Shown: in pieces, positions 40,115 through 49,325 of the stretch
Layout: each line of letters begins with the position of its first letter
Position numbering within the stretch: the stretch's first letter is position 1
Assembly: GCA_964291655.2 (NCBI GenBank)
Contig: OZ219802.1
Span: 2,496,001 to 2,560,000, forward strand
Direction: 5' to 3'
DNA length: 64,000 nt
From: Chloroflexota bacterium
Lineage (GTDB): Bacteria > Chloroflexota > UBA11872 > VXOZ01
The notes under the pieces: model-generated
What the model was told of the DNA's origin: nothing
Databases searched by the model: none
The model's input: only the letters and a program-made list of their open reading frames with translations
Program-made: the position numbers and the translations under genes

Positions 40115-41458
40115 ATGTCGATGAAGGGTATCACGGCGCGACAGCGTGAAGACATGATGGCGGTGCTGGCGGCTGCCCTGAAGGCGGTGGATCCGGCGCA
40201 GGCGGTACGCAACTGCGTGCGCCGAGAGGGCACGCGCCTGGTAGTCGGAGAAAACGTGTATGATCTCGATTCCTTCAAACGGATTCTCGTCGTTGGCGCC
40301 GGCAAAGCCAGCGGGCCGATGGCGCAAGCGCTGGAAGAAATTCTTGATAGCCGCTTAGAGGGCGGCGTGGTTAACGTCAAGGAGGGCTACGCCGTTGACA
40401 CGCGACGGATCGAATTGATCGAGGCCGCACATCCCGTGCCGGATGAGAGTGGCTTGCGCGGTACCGACCGCATTCTGCGGCTGGCGGCGGAGGCGAATGC
40501 AAACGACTTGGTTTTCTGCTTAATTTCCGGTGGTGGTTCGGCGCTCATGGAGTTGCCGGCGGGCGAAATCACGTTGGATGATCTTCAGCAACTTACCGAC
40601 CTGCTGCTGCGCAGCGGCGCCACCATCAACGAGGTGAATACAGTCCGGAAACACATCTCCCAGGTGAAGGGCGGGGGGCTGGCGCGGGCGGCTGCCCCTG
40701 CCACGCTGATCGCCCTCATTCTTTCCGACGTGGTAGGAAATCCGCTTGACTTCATTGCTTCGGGTCCTACCGTCCCCGACACGACCACGTTCCAAGATGC
40801 GTGGAATCTGCTAGGGAAGTTCAACTTGCAGGACGCAATACCTCAGAGCGTGCGCGCGCAACTTGAGCGCGGCCTGAACCAATCCATACCGGAAACGCCC
40901 AAGGAAGGCGACCCAATCTTTGCGCGCACGGCAAGTGTGCTCGTTGGCAGTAACGAGATCGCGGCCCGTGCGGCATTGGACGCTGCACAGAAACTGGGGT
41001 ATAATGCACTCCTAGTCACCACCTGGGTGGAAGGTGAGGCGCGTGAAGTGGCCAAGGTGATGGCTGGAGTTGCCAAGGGTCTGATTCGTCACCACTCTCC
41101 ACTCCCTCCGCCGGCGTGTCTTATCTTCGGTGGTGAAACCACGGTTACGGTGCGCGGTGAGGGCAAAGGCGGGCGCAGCCAAGAGATGGCGCTTGCCGCA
41201 TCCCTTGCGCTCGACGGCTGGGAAAACGTGGCGGTGATGGCAGTGGGGACAGACGGCACCGACGGTCCCACCGACGCGGCCGGTGGCATTGCGGACGGCA
41301 CGGTAGCTGCAAGGGCGCGAGCGCTCAACCTGGACCCACTTGCATACCTCGATTCCAACGACTCCTACCATTTCTTGCGGCAGACCGACGCCCTCTTGGT
41401 CACCGGGCCAACCAACACCAATGTGAATGACCTGATCTTTGTCTACGCCTTTAGCTAG
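40115..41458 (+). CDS. Glycerate 2-kinase (MOFRL family)
   Basis: GAGKAS, HPVPD, ISGGGSAL, RKH.S.VKGG, SDV.G, GGETTV, GTDGTDG, TGPTNTNVND. Confidence 0.9.
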   Translation: MSMKGITARQREDMMAVLAAALKAVDPAQAVRNCVRREGTRLVVGENVYDLDSFKRILVVGAGKASGPMAQALEEILDSRLEGGVVNVKEGYAVDTRRIELIEAAHPVPDESGLRGTDRILRLAAEANANDLVFCLISGGGSALMELPAGEITLDDLQQLTDLLLRSGATINEVNTVRKHISQVKGGGLARAAAPATLIALILSDVVGNPLDFIASGPTVPDTTTFQDAWNLLGKFNLQDAIPQSVRAQLERGLNQSIPETPKEGDPIFARTASVLVGSNEIAARAALDAAQKLGYNALLVTTWVEGEAREVAKVMAGVAKGLIRHHSPLPPPACLIFGGETTVTVRGEGKGGRSQEMALAASLALDGWENVAVMAVGTDGTDGPTDAAGGIADGTVAARARALNLDPLAYLDSNDSYHFLRQTDALLVTGPTNTNVNDLIFVYAFS

Positions 41459-41535
41459 GAAGATCTTCTAGCTGCCTCGTTCGTTTCCTTCGTTCGGCCG
41501 AGTTTCTCGTTCAGTCGTTGGCAGGTATTCTCCAC

Positions 41536-42012
41536 ATGGAACTAAGAAACGAGTCCTACCCTCCACTTGATTCGTCATTTCTTCCCCGCGCTCCCGCGCA
41601 GCGCTGGCACTCGGTAAGTAGGCGCAGCGACCTGCGGCCCTTATCTCAAGGCCGCAGCAACAGAATTTTTCTTGCTCTCGGTATCGGCGTCGTTGTGTTG
41701 CTGCTGGGGGTTGGCGCAGTGTGGCTCGTCAGTCAAGTCTTGGCGTCCAATGGTCCTGCTCCGGCCATACAAGACACCGAAGTTGCTCCCGTTACACCTG
41801 TTGCCCCCACTACCAACGCCCCTACCAATGCGGCTACGGCGGAAGTACCTGCCGCGCCTGAATTCCATGTCGTGCAGCCGGGCGAGGTGCTGACTGCCAT
41901 TGCGAGGAAGTATAATACGACTGTGGAATACTTAGCCGAATTGAATAACATTGAAAATGTTGACTCGATCCGGGTTGGGCAACGACTGCGACTCGTGCCG
42001 GAAGAGCAATAG
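41536..42012 (+). CDS. Membrane-anchored LysM-domain protein
   Basis: Single TM helix, Pro/Thr linker, HVVQPGEVLTAIARKY...L..LN.I......VGQ.L. Confidence 0.85.
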   Translation: MELRNESYPPLDSSFLPRAPAQRWHSVSRRSDLRPLSQGRSNRIFLALGIGVVVLLLGVGAVWLVSQVLASNGPAPAIQDTEVAPVTPVAPTTNAPTNAATAEVPAAPEFHVVQPGEVLTAIARKYNTTVEYLAELNNIENVDSIRVGQRLRLVPEEQ

Positions 42013-43549
42013 GGCTTGGACGAAGCAAGCATGGGCCAAAGGGGACACTTGCCATGTTCTGCTCGCGCTCTTCCTAGCGCTCGTGTTTTGGCTGAGTCTT
42101 ACCAGTGTTGCCGACGCGGCGTCGGGCCCGCCGTGGCATTCGGAGACCGATGGGCTGTCAGGAGAAGTGCTGGTTACCTGGCAGCTCTGGGTGCAGGCGC
42201 TTGAGGCTGAGTCTTGGGCGCAGGATGAGCAGTCGTGGGTCCCAAGCAGCCTGCCCTGGCTAATTTCCGCGCATCCCACCACCCCCAATGCGGCACTGGC
42301 TGCCGGTTCCATGGGACTGCACCGCACCGTGGACGGCGGAATGACGTGGAGCCAACTGCCAGGAATCGTCGCCCCGGTCATCGCAATTGCTTACAAGGCG
42401 GGCAATCCTCAGATAGTTTTCGCCGGGACAGAATTGGACGGCAACTACCGTAGCGAAGACGGTGGAGTTTACTGGAGCCGCATTAACGCCGGTCTCCCCC
42501 GGGACCAACTCGGCAACGTGACGGGCGCAGTGGCCCTGGCTGCCGACCCAGCCTTACCGAATACGCTCTTTGCCGCGACGACGTCGGCGGGGGGCGTTTA
42601 CCGCTCGCAAGACGAGGGCACTACCTGGCACCTGGCGAATAGCGGGTTGCCGGAGGAGACGATCTTTAGCATTGCAATTTCTGAGAGCGGGTCACCTGCG
42701 CTCTATGCGGCTACGCCGAGCGGTCTGTACCTCTCAAGTGATCGTGCGGGCGCGTGGTCGCTAATCGGCACGCTGCCAATTGAGACTTCCTTAAAACTGC
42801 TCCTGGAGCCCGGTGTTCTGGGGTTTCTGCTGTTGGTGGCCGAGGACACAATCTATCGCTCGACAAACGGCGGGCTGACCTGGATTGACCTCGACCTGCC
42901 GGCTGATATGCTGCCCATTCGCGATGCAGTTCTTGTGAGCGGCGCAGAATTCGCCTACCTCTTCGTCGTCAGCGCGAACGGTCCACATTGGTTACGGCTT
43001 ACGCCCGCTTCGCCGCAATCGCCCCCACAGGCAGAGTCGGACACGGCTTCATATATAGATGTTACCGGGCATACCATTCGCGAACCTTTTCTCTCATTCT
43101 TCAATTCCCACGGCGGCGTAGCACGGTTCGGCTATCCGCGAACCGATGCCATCAGCGAAGACGGCAGTACCGTACAATACTTTCAACGGGCTCGATTGGA
43201 GATCACGGAGGAGGAAGCCGGCGAGCGAGTGGTGCAGTCTCAGCTAGGCAGGGCCCGGAGCACGGGTGTGGATCTAGCGGTTGCCTCCACACAGTCGGAC
43301 TCGAATGGAACACAAACGCAGTATGCGGTGGACCAGGTGTTTGCAAACTTCTACGCGAACAACAATGGACGTGAAGCGTTTGGCGTCCCGATTGCTCCGG
43401 CGGCGGACGAAGTGCAAATCAACGGCGCGATCTTGTATACACAATACTTTGAATTTGCTCGACTCGAACACCATCCCGGCGCCGCAGCACCAATTCTGCT
43501 GGGGCTGATTGGCGATGAATACTTGATGCAGAAGGGCTGGCTGGAGTAA
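41951..43549 (+). CDS. Secreted BNR/Asp-box beta-propeller with C-terminal Chloroflexota GYP/QYF.RARLE domain
   Basis: Repeated RS.DGG.TW boxes; TGHTI..PF..FF...GG...FGYP.T and QYFQRARLE / QYFEFARLE; 5' end uncertain. Confidence 0.75.
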   Translation: MKMLTRSGLGNDCDSCRKSNRAWTKQAWAKGDTCHVLLALFLALVFWLSLTSVADAASGPPWHSETDGLSGEVLVTWQLWVQALEAESWAQDEQSWVPSSLPWLISAHPTTPNAALAAGSMGLHRTVDGGMTWSQLPGIVAPVIAIAYKAGNPQIVFAGTELDGNYRSEDGGVYWSRINAGLPRDQLGNVTGAVALAADPALPNTLFAATTSAGGVYRSQDEGTTWHLANSGLPEETIFSIAISESGSPALYAATPSGLYLSSDRAGAWSLIGTLPIETSLKLLLEPGVLGFLLLVAEDTIYRSTNGGLTWIDLDLPADMLPIRDAVLVSGAEFAYLFVVSANGPHWLRLTPASPQSPPQAESDTASYIDVTGHTIREPFLSFFNSHGGVARFGYPRTDAISEDGSTVQYFQRARLEITEEEAGERVVQSQLGRARSTGVDLAVASTQSDSNGTQTQYAVDQVFANFYANNNGREAFGVPIAPAADEVQINGAILYTQYFEFARLEHHPGAAAPILLGLIGDEYLMQKGWLE

Positions 43550-43554
43550 CGCAC

Positions 43555-45051
43555 ATGCGCCGCACTCGGATCGTTGCCACAATCGGACCCTCGTCGGCGA
43601 ATGAAGACACGCTCCGCGCCTTGCTGCGGGCCGGCTTGGACGTTGCGCGCATCAATTTTTCACATGGCGACCATCAAACTCAGGCGCGTTCCATTGGGTT
43701 GTTGCGCCAGTTAGCGGCAGCGGAAGGCGCCAACCTACCTATCATTGGCGATCTGCAAGGCCCCAAGGTACGTGTAGGTGTCGTTGCTGACGAACCCTTG
43801 CTGCTTTCCCCGGGTGGTCTGCTTATTCTCGTGGTAGATGGTGACTCAGCCGGTGCGACCGCAAGTGACGGGCTCCACGAATATGCCAGGTCTGTCGATC
43901 CCGGTGCGCCACGTGTGGATGTCGCGCCGGTGCGATTTGCAGGCCTTGCAGCCGAAACGCGCCCGGGCGATACTGTCCTGTTTGACGATGGACTGATCGC
44001 GGTTGAGGTGATGGCCACACGCGTCCAAGCAGGGCAGACCGCAGTCATTACACGGGTGGTGCGTGGTGGCAAACTAATGAGTGGCAAGGCAGTAGTCGTA
44101 AGAGGTCGGAGCCTTAATCTGCCGAGCCTGACCGCCAAAGACTGGGAGGACGTGCGCTTTGCCGTGGAACAAGAGGTGGACTGGGTTGCACTCTCCTACG
44201 TCCGGTCGGCAACTGACGTAGAGATTCTGCGGCAACTGATGCTGAACTACGGCGCGACGATACCCATAATTGCAAAGATCGAAACCCAGGAGGCGATTGC
44301 GCACTTTGACGAGATTCTCGCGGCCGCGGACGGCATCATGGTGGCGCGGGGCGATCTTGGGGTGCAGGTGCCGCCGGAGGAAGTTCCGTTGCACCAGAAG
44401 GCGATCATTGCAAAGACGCGCGCGCAAGGAAAACCGGTGATAACGGCGACCCAGATGCTCGAATCGATGATGCAGCACCCGGTGCCGACCCGGGCAGAAG
44501 CCAGCGACGTGGCAAATGCAATCCTGGACGGCAGTGACGCCGTGATGCTCTCCGGGGAAACCGCCGTCGGCCCGTATCCGGTGGAGGCTGTGGCGGTCAT
44601 GGCGCGCATTGCGACCAGCGTCGACCCGCACGTGGAGAGTTCTGCCGCAATTGACGACGCGAGCGATGCTACCGACGCTATTGCGGCGGCGACCCACCGC
44701 ATTGCGGATAAGCTATGCGCTACCGCGATCTTTGCGCTTACGCAATCGGGCTATACGGCGCGTATGCTGGCCCGCTTGCGGCCGCACGTACAACTGCTCG
44801 CGGTGACGCCGGACAAGTCGATTTGGCGCCAGCTTGCCCTGAGTTGGGGTACGAAACCTTTGCTAGCAACAGTGGAAACGGACACCGACATGGCGATGCG
44901 CGAGGCGGTAGAACTGGCGAAGAGCGCGGGACACGTGAAGGATGGCGATACGGTGGTCTTTACGGCCGGCATGCCGTTCGGCGTAGGCGGCACGACGAAT
45001 CTCATCCGCATCCACGAGATCGGCAAGCCGCTCAGCCTCAAAGGAGACTAG
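43555..45051 (+). CDS. pyk: Pyruvate kinase
   Basis: TRIVATIGP, RINFSHG, DLQGPK, AKIE, MVARGDLG, ATQMLESM, MLSGETA. Confidence 0.95.
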   Translation: MRRTRIVATIGPSSANEDTLRALLRAGLDVARINFSHGDHQTQARSIGLLRQLAAAEGANLPIIGDLQGPKVRVGVVADEPLLLSPGGLLILVVDGDSAGATASDGLHEYARSVDPGAPRVDVAPVRFAGLAAETRPGDTVLFDDGLIAVEVMATRVQAGQTAVITRVVRGGKLMSGKAVVVRGRSLNLPSLTAKDWEDVRFAVEQEVDWVALSYVRSATDVEILRQLMLNYGATIPIIAKIETQEAIAHFDEILAAADGIMVARGDLGVQVPPEEVPLHQKAIIAKTRAQGKPVITATQMLESMMQHPVPTRAEASDVANAILDGSDAVMLSGETAVGPYPVEAVAVMARIATSVDPHVESSAAIDDASDATDAIAAATHRIADKLCATAIFALTQSGYTARMLARLRPHVQLLAVTPDKSIWRQLALSWGTKPLLATVETDTDMAMREAVELAKSAGHVKDGDTVVFTAGMPFGVGGTTNLIRIHEIGKPLSLKGD

Positions 45052-45432
45052 AAGCTATCTCATGAATCGGCTCGAGTGTCATTCATGTACGTGTCGAACA
45101 GTGTTCGTTGACTACGTCAAAGGCGCTGACTACGTCAAAGACGGGGAATCTCGAGCGTTTGTGCCAGAGTAAGCAATTGTCAAAGATGATACTTGCGTAT
45201 GTGGTCGCTCGCTACCCCGCGTAGCAGCACGAGCCGGTGTCGCGTGAAGATGGATTCCCGTTTTCACGGGAATGACGGCAAGATGTCAACACAACCGAGA
45301 CTCCCTGATTAGATCCGGCTCGGCCAGCCCCATAGTCTCGTGCGTAAACGCCCGCTCCGGTGCCGCCTAAGCGCTACTATTTGAGCAGCAGGACTCTGGA
45401 ATGGGTGTAGGCGAATATTCCCGCGCCACTAG

Positions 45433-47190
45433 GTGGAGAAATCGATGCAACCTGGAACCCAACCCCTCGGTGTCTATCTGCACGATGGCTGCTTTCAGCC
45501 CCGCAGCGCATATATATTGGAGATTTTGGCTCACGCGGGCATCCCTTTTGTGCGCGTGGACGCCGCCACCTTGCCGGAAGCGCTGGCAACTCTTAAGGTG
45601 CTGATCTTGCCGCACCACGAGGTCACCACGCCGGAGATGGGCCGGCTCTATGGCTTCGTGACGGCGGGCGGCGCTCTGATCGGGTTGGGAGGCACGAGCG
45701 GCTTGGATGACCTCTTCGGCGTCCGCACGCAGGCAGGCACCCGCGAGGCTTACTTGAATGTTACTCAGGGCGATCATCCTCTGGTGCGCGATCTTCACTC
45801 ATCCTTGCACGTCTGGGACGCCGCGACCGCCCGCGCGGCCGGGGCCGGTGTGCTGGCCAACCTCTGTGATGGAAAAGGGAATCGCATTGGTGTGGGCGTA
45901 AGCGCCTACCGCCTCCAGCGGGGACTGAGCATCTTCTCCGCCGCAGACTTGCCCTGGTGCGTCTTATACATGCTGCAAGGCAAGACCGTGCGTCAAGACG
46001 GCCTGCCGGCGCCTGATGGGACTGCCGACATCGATGAAGGAATTCTCAAGTGTGACGACGGCATTGTGTTGAATTGGGACACAGACCGGTCTCCAGGCGC
46101 AGAAGTACCCTTTTTCTTAGAGGCCGTCGGCGATGAGCTCCGCGCCATATTGTTGCGCAGCATCTTTCTTGGCGCGCAGTTCACCAATACCGCGCTTCCC
46201 ATGCTCTGGTACTGGCCCGGCGAAATTGAGGCGGTGGCGCACCTCTCCCACGATTCCGACAACAATGTGCTTGACCGCGCGTTCCAACTCTTGGAGAACA
46301 CCCGCGCGCTCGGCGTGCACTCCACGTGGTGCATTCAGTACCCGGGCTATACACCCGAACTCTACGCGGCGGTTGCAGAATACGGCAGCGAAATCTGCCT
46401 CCACTTTGACGCCCTTTCAGGTAGGGAGCCTAACCGCTGGGACTATGGCGATCTCGTCTTCCAGTGGGAGTTCCTGCGGCGGGAGGCCGGGCTGGACACC
46501 ATTACGACCAACAAGAACCACTACACGCGCTGGGAAGGGTCGTTAGAATTCTTCCAATGGCTGGAGAAGGTGGGTATTGCCTCCGATCAGACGAAAGGGC
46601 CATCCAAGGATGGCAACACCGGCCACCTCTACGGCAGCACCCACCCCTGGTTCCCAATGGATCCAGACTCCGGTCATTTTTGCGACGTGCTGGAAGTCAA
46701 CTTCTTGACCCAAGACATGGTGCAACCGGTCGGCCATCCGGATTCGCCGGTAGACGCATATGCGCCATACAGCATCGCGGAACCATTAGTCGACCGCGTA
46801 CGGAAGCACTATGGCGTTGCGCACTACCTCTTCCATCCTCACCACTGCCTGCGGCCCGGTGTACCCGCGGCTATGGCGCAGGTTGTGGCGTACGCGCGGC
46901 AGCAGGGCTTGCCGTGGTGGACCTCTGAAGAGATTAACGTGTGGGAACGGAGCCGCCGCACGTTGTCGTTTGGCGAGGTGAGCGATCACGGGGCCAGCCT
47001 CAGCGCTGGCGCTTCCCTTGCCAACGCGACGCTGCTCCTGCTGGAAACCGGCAGCGAGCGGCACGCTATTTCTGTAGATCGCCAGTCAATGCCCACCCGT
47101 AATGTGGAACGTTACGGTTTCCGGTTCCAGGCGGTCACACAGACGCTTGCTGCTGGGGAGCATAGATTGCAGTGGGGCGAGACCGTCTGA
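45433..47190 (+). CDS. Class-I GATase-like N-domain plus polysaccharide-deacetylase-like barrel
   Basis: LILP...F...GG.LI N-domain; HLSHDSD, EICLHFD, NHY.RW, LFHP motifs. Confidence 0.6.
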   Translation: MEKSMQPGTQPLGVYLHDGCFQPRSAYILEILAHAGIPFVRVDAATLPEALATLKVLILPHHEVTTPEMGRLYGFVTAGGALIGLGGTSGLDDLFGVRTQAGTREAYLNVTQGDHPLVRDLHSSLHVWDAATARAAGAGVLANLCDGKGNRIGVGVSAYRLQRGLSIFSAADLPWCVLYMLQGKTVRQDGLPAPDGTADIDEGILKCDDGIVLNWDTDRSPGAEVPFFLEAVGDELRAILLRSIFLGAQFTNTALPMLWYWPGEIEAVAHLSHDSDNNVLDRAFQLLENTRALGVHSTWCIQYPGYTPELYAAVAEYGSEICLHFDALSGREPNRWDYGDLVFQWEFLRREAGLDTITTNKNHYTRWEGSLEFFQWLEKVGIASDQTKGPSKDGNTGHLYGSTHPWFPMDPDSGHFCDVLEVNFLTQDMVQPVGHPDSPVDAYAPYSIAEPLVDRVRKHYGVAHYLFHPHHCLRPGVPAAMAQVVAYARQQGLPWWTSEEINVWERSRRTLSFGEVSDHGASLSAGASLANATLLLLETGSERHAISVDRQSMPTRNVERYGFRFQAVTQTLAAGEHRLQWGETV

Positions 47191-47331
47191 CGTGCCTAGG
47201 AGCTATTCGCATGCGGCCGCAACTCTTTGCCGGCGGTCTCAAGCAATTCGACCAATCTGCGCCAAAGTGGGCCGTAGCGAAACACAGCGCCAATCTTGCA
47301 GAATCCGGTAGGATAGAGCGGGAGTGAGTGG

Positions 47332-47823
47332 ATGCGCATTGCAATCGGAGCCGATCACAACGGATTAGCCAGCAAGAACGAGGTCAAGCAGTGGCTTGAG
47401 GTTGCCGGCCATACTGTGGTTGACGTTGGCCCGCATGAACTCGACCCGGAAGACGATTACCCGGATTTTGCTCGCCTTCTGGGCGCGGCCCTGCAACGGG
47501 GAGAGGCCGATCGGGGCATCCTGCTCTGCGGCAGTGGCGTGGGTGCGAGCATCGCCGCCAACAAGATGCGCGGTATTCGCGCGGGCCTGTGCCACGATGT
47601 GTATTCGGCACATCAGGCGGTCGAACACGACAACGTGAATGTGCTGTGTTTGGGCCCCCGAGTCGTGGGTCCCGCCCTGATGGAGGAACTGGTAACGGCA
47701 TTCTTGGCCGCCTCGTTTACGGGCGAAGAGCGGCACGCCCGTCGTCTCGCTAAGGTGACGGCCTTGGAGCAGGCGGAACGGGAGGCAGGCATCGGCCAAC
47801 AGGAGGAAGTGGAAACAACGTAG
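47332..47823 (+). CDS. rpiB: Ribose-5-phosphate isomerase B
   Basis: IGADH.G, DYPD, CGSGVG..IAANK, HDN.NVL.LG.R, RH.RR. Confidence 0.95.
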   Translation: MRIAIGADHNGLASKNEVKQWLEVAGHTVVDVGPHELDPEDDYPDFARLLGAALQRGEADRGILLCGSGVGASIAANKMRGIRAGLCHDVYSAHQAVEHDNVNVLCLGPRVVGPALMEELVTAFLAASFTGEERHARRLAKVTALEQAEREAGIGQQEEVETT

Positions 47824-47925
47824 GCGGGGATGCCGAACGTGCACTTCATGGGTGAATGAGACGGGCATCGGTTGTTGCCGCTGTCTTTTTGACTTTGCGA
47901 GTGATTCGAGAGTGCAGGATTAAGA

Positions 47926-48080
47926 TGGATTCCCGCTTTCGCGGGAATGACGGAAAAGAGTTTTCGGGAATGACGGAAAAGAGTGCACGTGAAATGGCGG
48001 AAGAAAGTTCACGGGCACGACGGAGAAGAGCTCACGGGCGTGACGGAAGAGAGTTCACGGGAATTACGGATGAGAGCTCA
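47926..48080 (+). repeat. REP family F followed by six degenerate ~23-bp tandem copies of its right half
   Basis: CGGGAATGACGGAARAGAGYTCA-like units at 47942, 47965, 47988, 48012, 48035, 48058. Confidence 0.8.
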
Positions 48081-48195
48081 CTTTCGGGGAAATATCGGAC
48101 CGTCCGCAATCACGTAGAGCGCAATCAGGTAGAGCAGGAACTGAACCGGACACACATGGCTAAGTCGCCGTCTGTGTGTTTACAAGGAGGTAACT

Positions 48196-49323
48196 ATGGC
48201 AGAGAAGAATAGGCTTGTACAACTGCAAGACTACGACCAGAGCGTGTGGCTGGATAGCATCAGCCGCGGCCTCATTCAATCGGGCCAGCTTCAGGCCCTG
48301 GTGGACAACGACGGTCTGCGGGGGATGACGTCGAACCCCGCCATCTTCGAGAAGGCGATTAGCGGTAGCGATGACTACCGCGATCAATTGCGCGCGCTGC
48401 ACGCCGCCGGCAAGAGTACGACGGAGGTTTACGAAGCGGTTGCGGTTACCGACATTCAATCGGCCTGCGACGTGCTGCGGCCGGTGTACGACGCCAGCGA
48501 CGGCGAGCACGGCCTGGTTAGTCTTGAGGTCTCGCCGGAACTCGCCTTCGATACGGCGGGCACAATTGGTGAGGTGCGCCGCCTCTGGCAGCAGGTGGAC
48601 CGTCCGAACCTGATGATCAAGATACCGGCCACTGACGAGGGCATACCCGCGGTGCAGCAGATGCTCACCGAGGGGTACAACGTCAACATCACGCTGATGT
48701 TCTCGCTCTCGGACTACGATAACGTGGCCGAGGCGTATATCTCGGCTCTCGAGGCGCGTGCCGCGGCGGGTCAGCCGGTCAACCGCATCGCTTCCGTGGC
48801 GAGTTTCTTTGTGAGCCGCATCGATACCTTGGCCGATGAGTTGTTGGAGGCACGGGCTGAGGCCGGCGAGAGTCGCGCGCGGGAGATCTTGGGAAAAGTG
48901 GCGATTGCCAACGCGAAGATTGCCTACCAGCACTTCATCGATTTCTTCAAGTCGGAGCGTTTCGCAAAGCTGGAGGCCAAGGGCGCGCGCGTGCAACGCG
49001 TGCTCTGGGCGAGCACCAGCACGAAGAACCCTGACTTCTCAGACGTGATGTACGTGGACAATCTCATCGGCCCGCACACCGTGAATACCTTGCCGGACGA
49101 CACTATGGACGCTTTCCGCGATCACGGCACGCTGGCCCAGACTGTAGATACGGGCGTGGCAGAGGCGCAAGCCGTGTTGGACGCCCTGTCGGCTGTGGGC
49201 GTGGACTATGACGCCATGACCCGCCAACTGCAGCAAGAGGGTGTGGATAAGTTTGTGCAGCCGTATCACGCCTTGCTCGAACGCATTGAGCAGGTGTGCG
49301 CAGAGCTTGTCGCAACTACCTAG
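48196..49323 (+). CDS. tal: Transaldolase
   Basis: QSVWLD, G.TSNPAIF, VSLEVSP, IKIPAT, NITL.FS, SFFVSRID, LWAST. Confidence 0.95.
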   Translation: MAEKNRLVQLQDYDQSVWLDSISRGLIQSGQLQALVDNDGLRGMTSNPAIFEKAISGSDDYRDQLRALHAAGKSTTEVYEAVAVTDIQSACDVLRPVYDASDGEHGLVSLEVSPELAFDTAGTIGEVRRLWQQVDRPNLMIKIPATDEGIPAVQQMLTEGYNVNITLMFSLSDYDNVAEAYISALEARAAAGQPVNRIASVASFFVSRIDTLADELLEARAEAGESRAREILGKVAIANAKIAYQHFIDFFKSERFAKLEAKGARVQRVLWASTSTKNPDFSDVMYVDNLIGPHTVNTLPDDTMDAFRDHGTLAQTVDTGVAEAQAVLDALSAVGVDYDAMTRQLQQEGVDKFVQPYHALLERIEQVCAELVATT

Positions 49324-49325
49324 CA

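Noticed and set aside
45095-45107. LexA box
   Set aside because: GAAC-N3-GTTC instead of N4; no SOS gene downstream
47856-48212. 118-aa ORF containing MDSRFRGND
   Set aside because: Translation of REP family F and its tandem tail
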